A DNA stretch of 59,317 bases, filler included. It is 5 parts of 5 records of this genome, joined end to end, with 100 filler letters (N's around TTAATTAATTAA, not from the genome) between each part and the next. Parts side by side here need not be neighbours in the genome. Positions count along the whole stretch, not along the records: positions 51,880 to 59,317 come from SRR20825006_1916; 4 more parts are not named here. The stretch is one strand, 5' to 3'. The first letter of the stretch is position 1. Every line of letters begins with the position of its first letter. The translations under genes were made by a program, and so were the position numbers. Below the pieces are notes generated by a model, which ran no database searches, was not told the DNA's origin, and worked only from the letters and a program-made list of their open reading frames with translations. Shown piece after piece: positions 58,521 to 59,317 of this stretch.

Positions 58521-59317
58521 ATGACCTCCCAACCCACTCCCATGACCCAAGTCAGCTTTGAGGCACTGGATATCAGCGCGCTGGCCACAGCCACAGGCCG
58601 CGTTGCCGTGGTGCTGGAGGCTGACGGTACGATGGACGCCGCTGGCCGTCGTATCAACAAGCTGACCCGTGGCGCGCTGGCGCGGCTGGCGGCGGGCAAG
58701 GATTTTGCCGATCTCAAACAGGGTGGTCTGATGACCCTTGCGATGCCCGCAGGCATGGCCGCCGACGCTGTGGACGTGCTGTGCCTGTCCCGTCGTCCCA
58801 GCGTGCAGGACGCGCGCAAGGCCGGGGCCGCACTGGCCAAGGTGCGCGGCACCGCCGATATGCTGGTGGCGGCAGGCAGCACGCGCCGTCTGGCCGATCT
58901 GGGCTTTGGTCTCGCGATGCGTGATTATGGTTTTAACGCCCACAAATCCGACGCAAAGCCTGCCGAAGGTGCGGTGCGCATCATGTGTGGCAAGCCTGAC
59001 GAAGTGCAGGCTGAGGCGGCACCTTTGATGGCCGTGGCCGAGGGGGCGTTCTTTACCCGCGATCTGGTGAATGAACCTGCCAACGTGCTGACCACAACCG
59101 AATTCGCCAACCGTCTGGAGGCGATGAAGGATCTGGGGTTGACGGTTGAGGTTCTGGATGAAGAACAGCTTGCAAGCCTAGGCATGGGTTCGCTTTTGTG
59201 CGTGGGGCAGGGGTCGGAAAGCCCCTCGAAGGTGGTTGTGATGCAGTGGAACGGGGGCGCCGAAGGCGACGCACCCCTGGCCCTGATCGGCAAGGGCGTG
59301 GTGTTCGACACCGGCGG
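58521..59317 (+). CDS. pepA: Leucyl aminopeptidase, 5' part (runs off the window; not in the ORF track)
   Basis: Own translation gives RDLVNEPANVL, LGMGSLLCVGQGS and IGKGVVFDTGG; divergent from lptF. Confidence 0.93.
   Translation, partial: MTSQPTPMTQVSFEALDISALATATGRVAVVLEADGTMDAAGRRINKLTRGALARLAAGKDFADLKQGGLMTLAMPAGMAADAVDVLCLSRRPSVQDARKAGAALAKVRGTADMLVAAGSTRRLADLGFGLAMRDYGFNAHKSDAKPAEGAVRIMCGKPDEVQAEAAPLMAVAEGAFFTRDLVNEPANVLTTTEFANRLEAMKDLGLTVEVLDEEQLASLGMGSLLCVGQGSESPSKVVVMQWNGGAEGDAPLALIGKGVVFDTG

Overview
This window is not one locus. It is five contigs joined by 100-bp N spacers, each carrying a TTAATTAATTAA linker (25343-25442, 31816-31915, 42157-42256, 51780-51879). Taxonomic calls are inferred from gene content and style, not from a database search. 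Contig A (1-25342) looks like a marine gammaproteobacterium (Alcanivorax-like) and carries hldE, an LPS core cluster (lpxL, two WaaL-like proteins, GT25, acyltransferase, sulfotransferase, three LPS kinases, waaG/waaC/waaF), ilvE, glnE, an orphan GspE/PilB-type ATPase, TIGR00153-pit, argA and a partial ilvD. Between argA and ilvD is a single integron gene cassette with a canonical 90-bp attC site, a matching GTTAGGC core site and no integrase. Contig B (25443-31815) looks Myxococcota/Bradymonadales-like. It carries a YARHG protein, a Cys-rich lipoprotein with a C2-like domain translationally coupled to a phospholipase D, a DUF4132-like protein and a MopE-motif protein, and it is bounded by the 5' and 3' parts of a tRNA-Arg-like gene. 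Contig C (31916-42156) is probably the same organism as A because it shares a REP family; it carries pepP, a UPF0149 gene, a ZapB-like gene, zapA, 6S RNA, fau, a 49-aa small ORF, ilvA, rpiA and several small genes. Contig D (42257-51779, Rhodobacteraceae-like) carries pstSCAB and phoR with Pho boxes, a gamma-carbonic anhydrase, gmk, a PAS protein, a GNAT and the 3' end of a DAHP synthase. Contig E (51880-59317, Rhodobacteraceae-like) carries pdxA-surA-lptD-lptG-lptF and a partial pepA. The most notable signals are the integrase-less integron cassette, the C2-lipoprotein/PLD pair, the tRNA-bounded contig B and a dispersed family of heptamer-periodic intergenic repeats.
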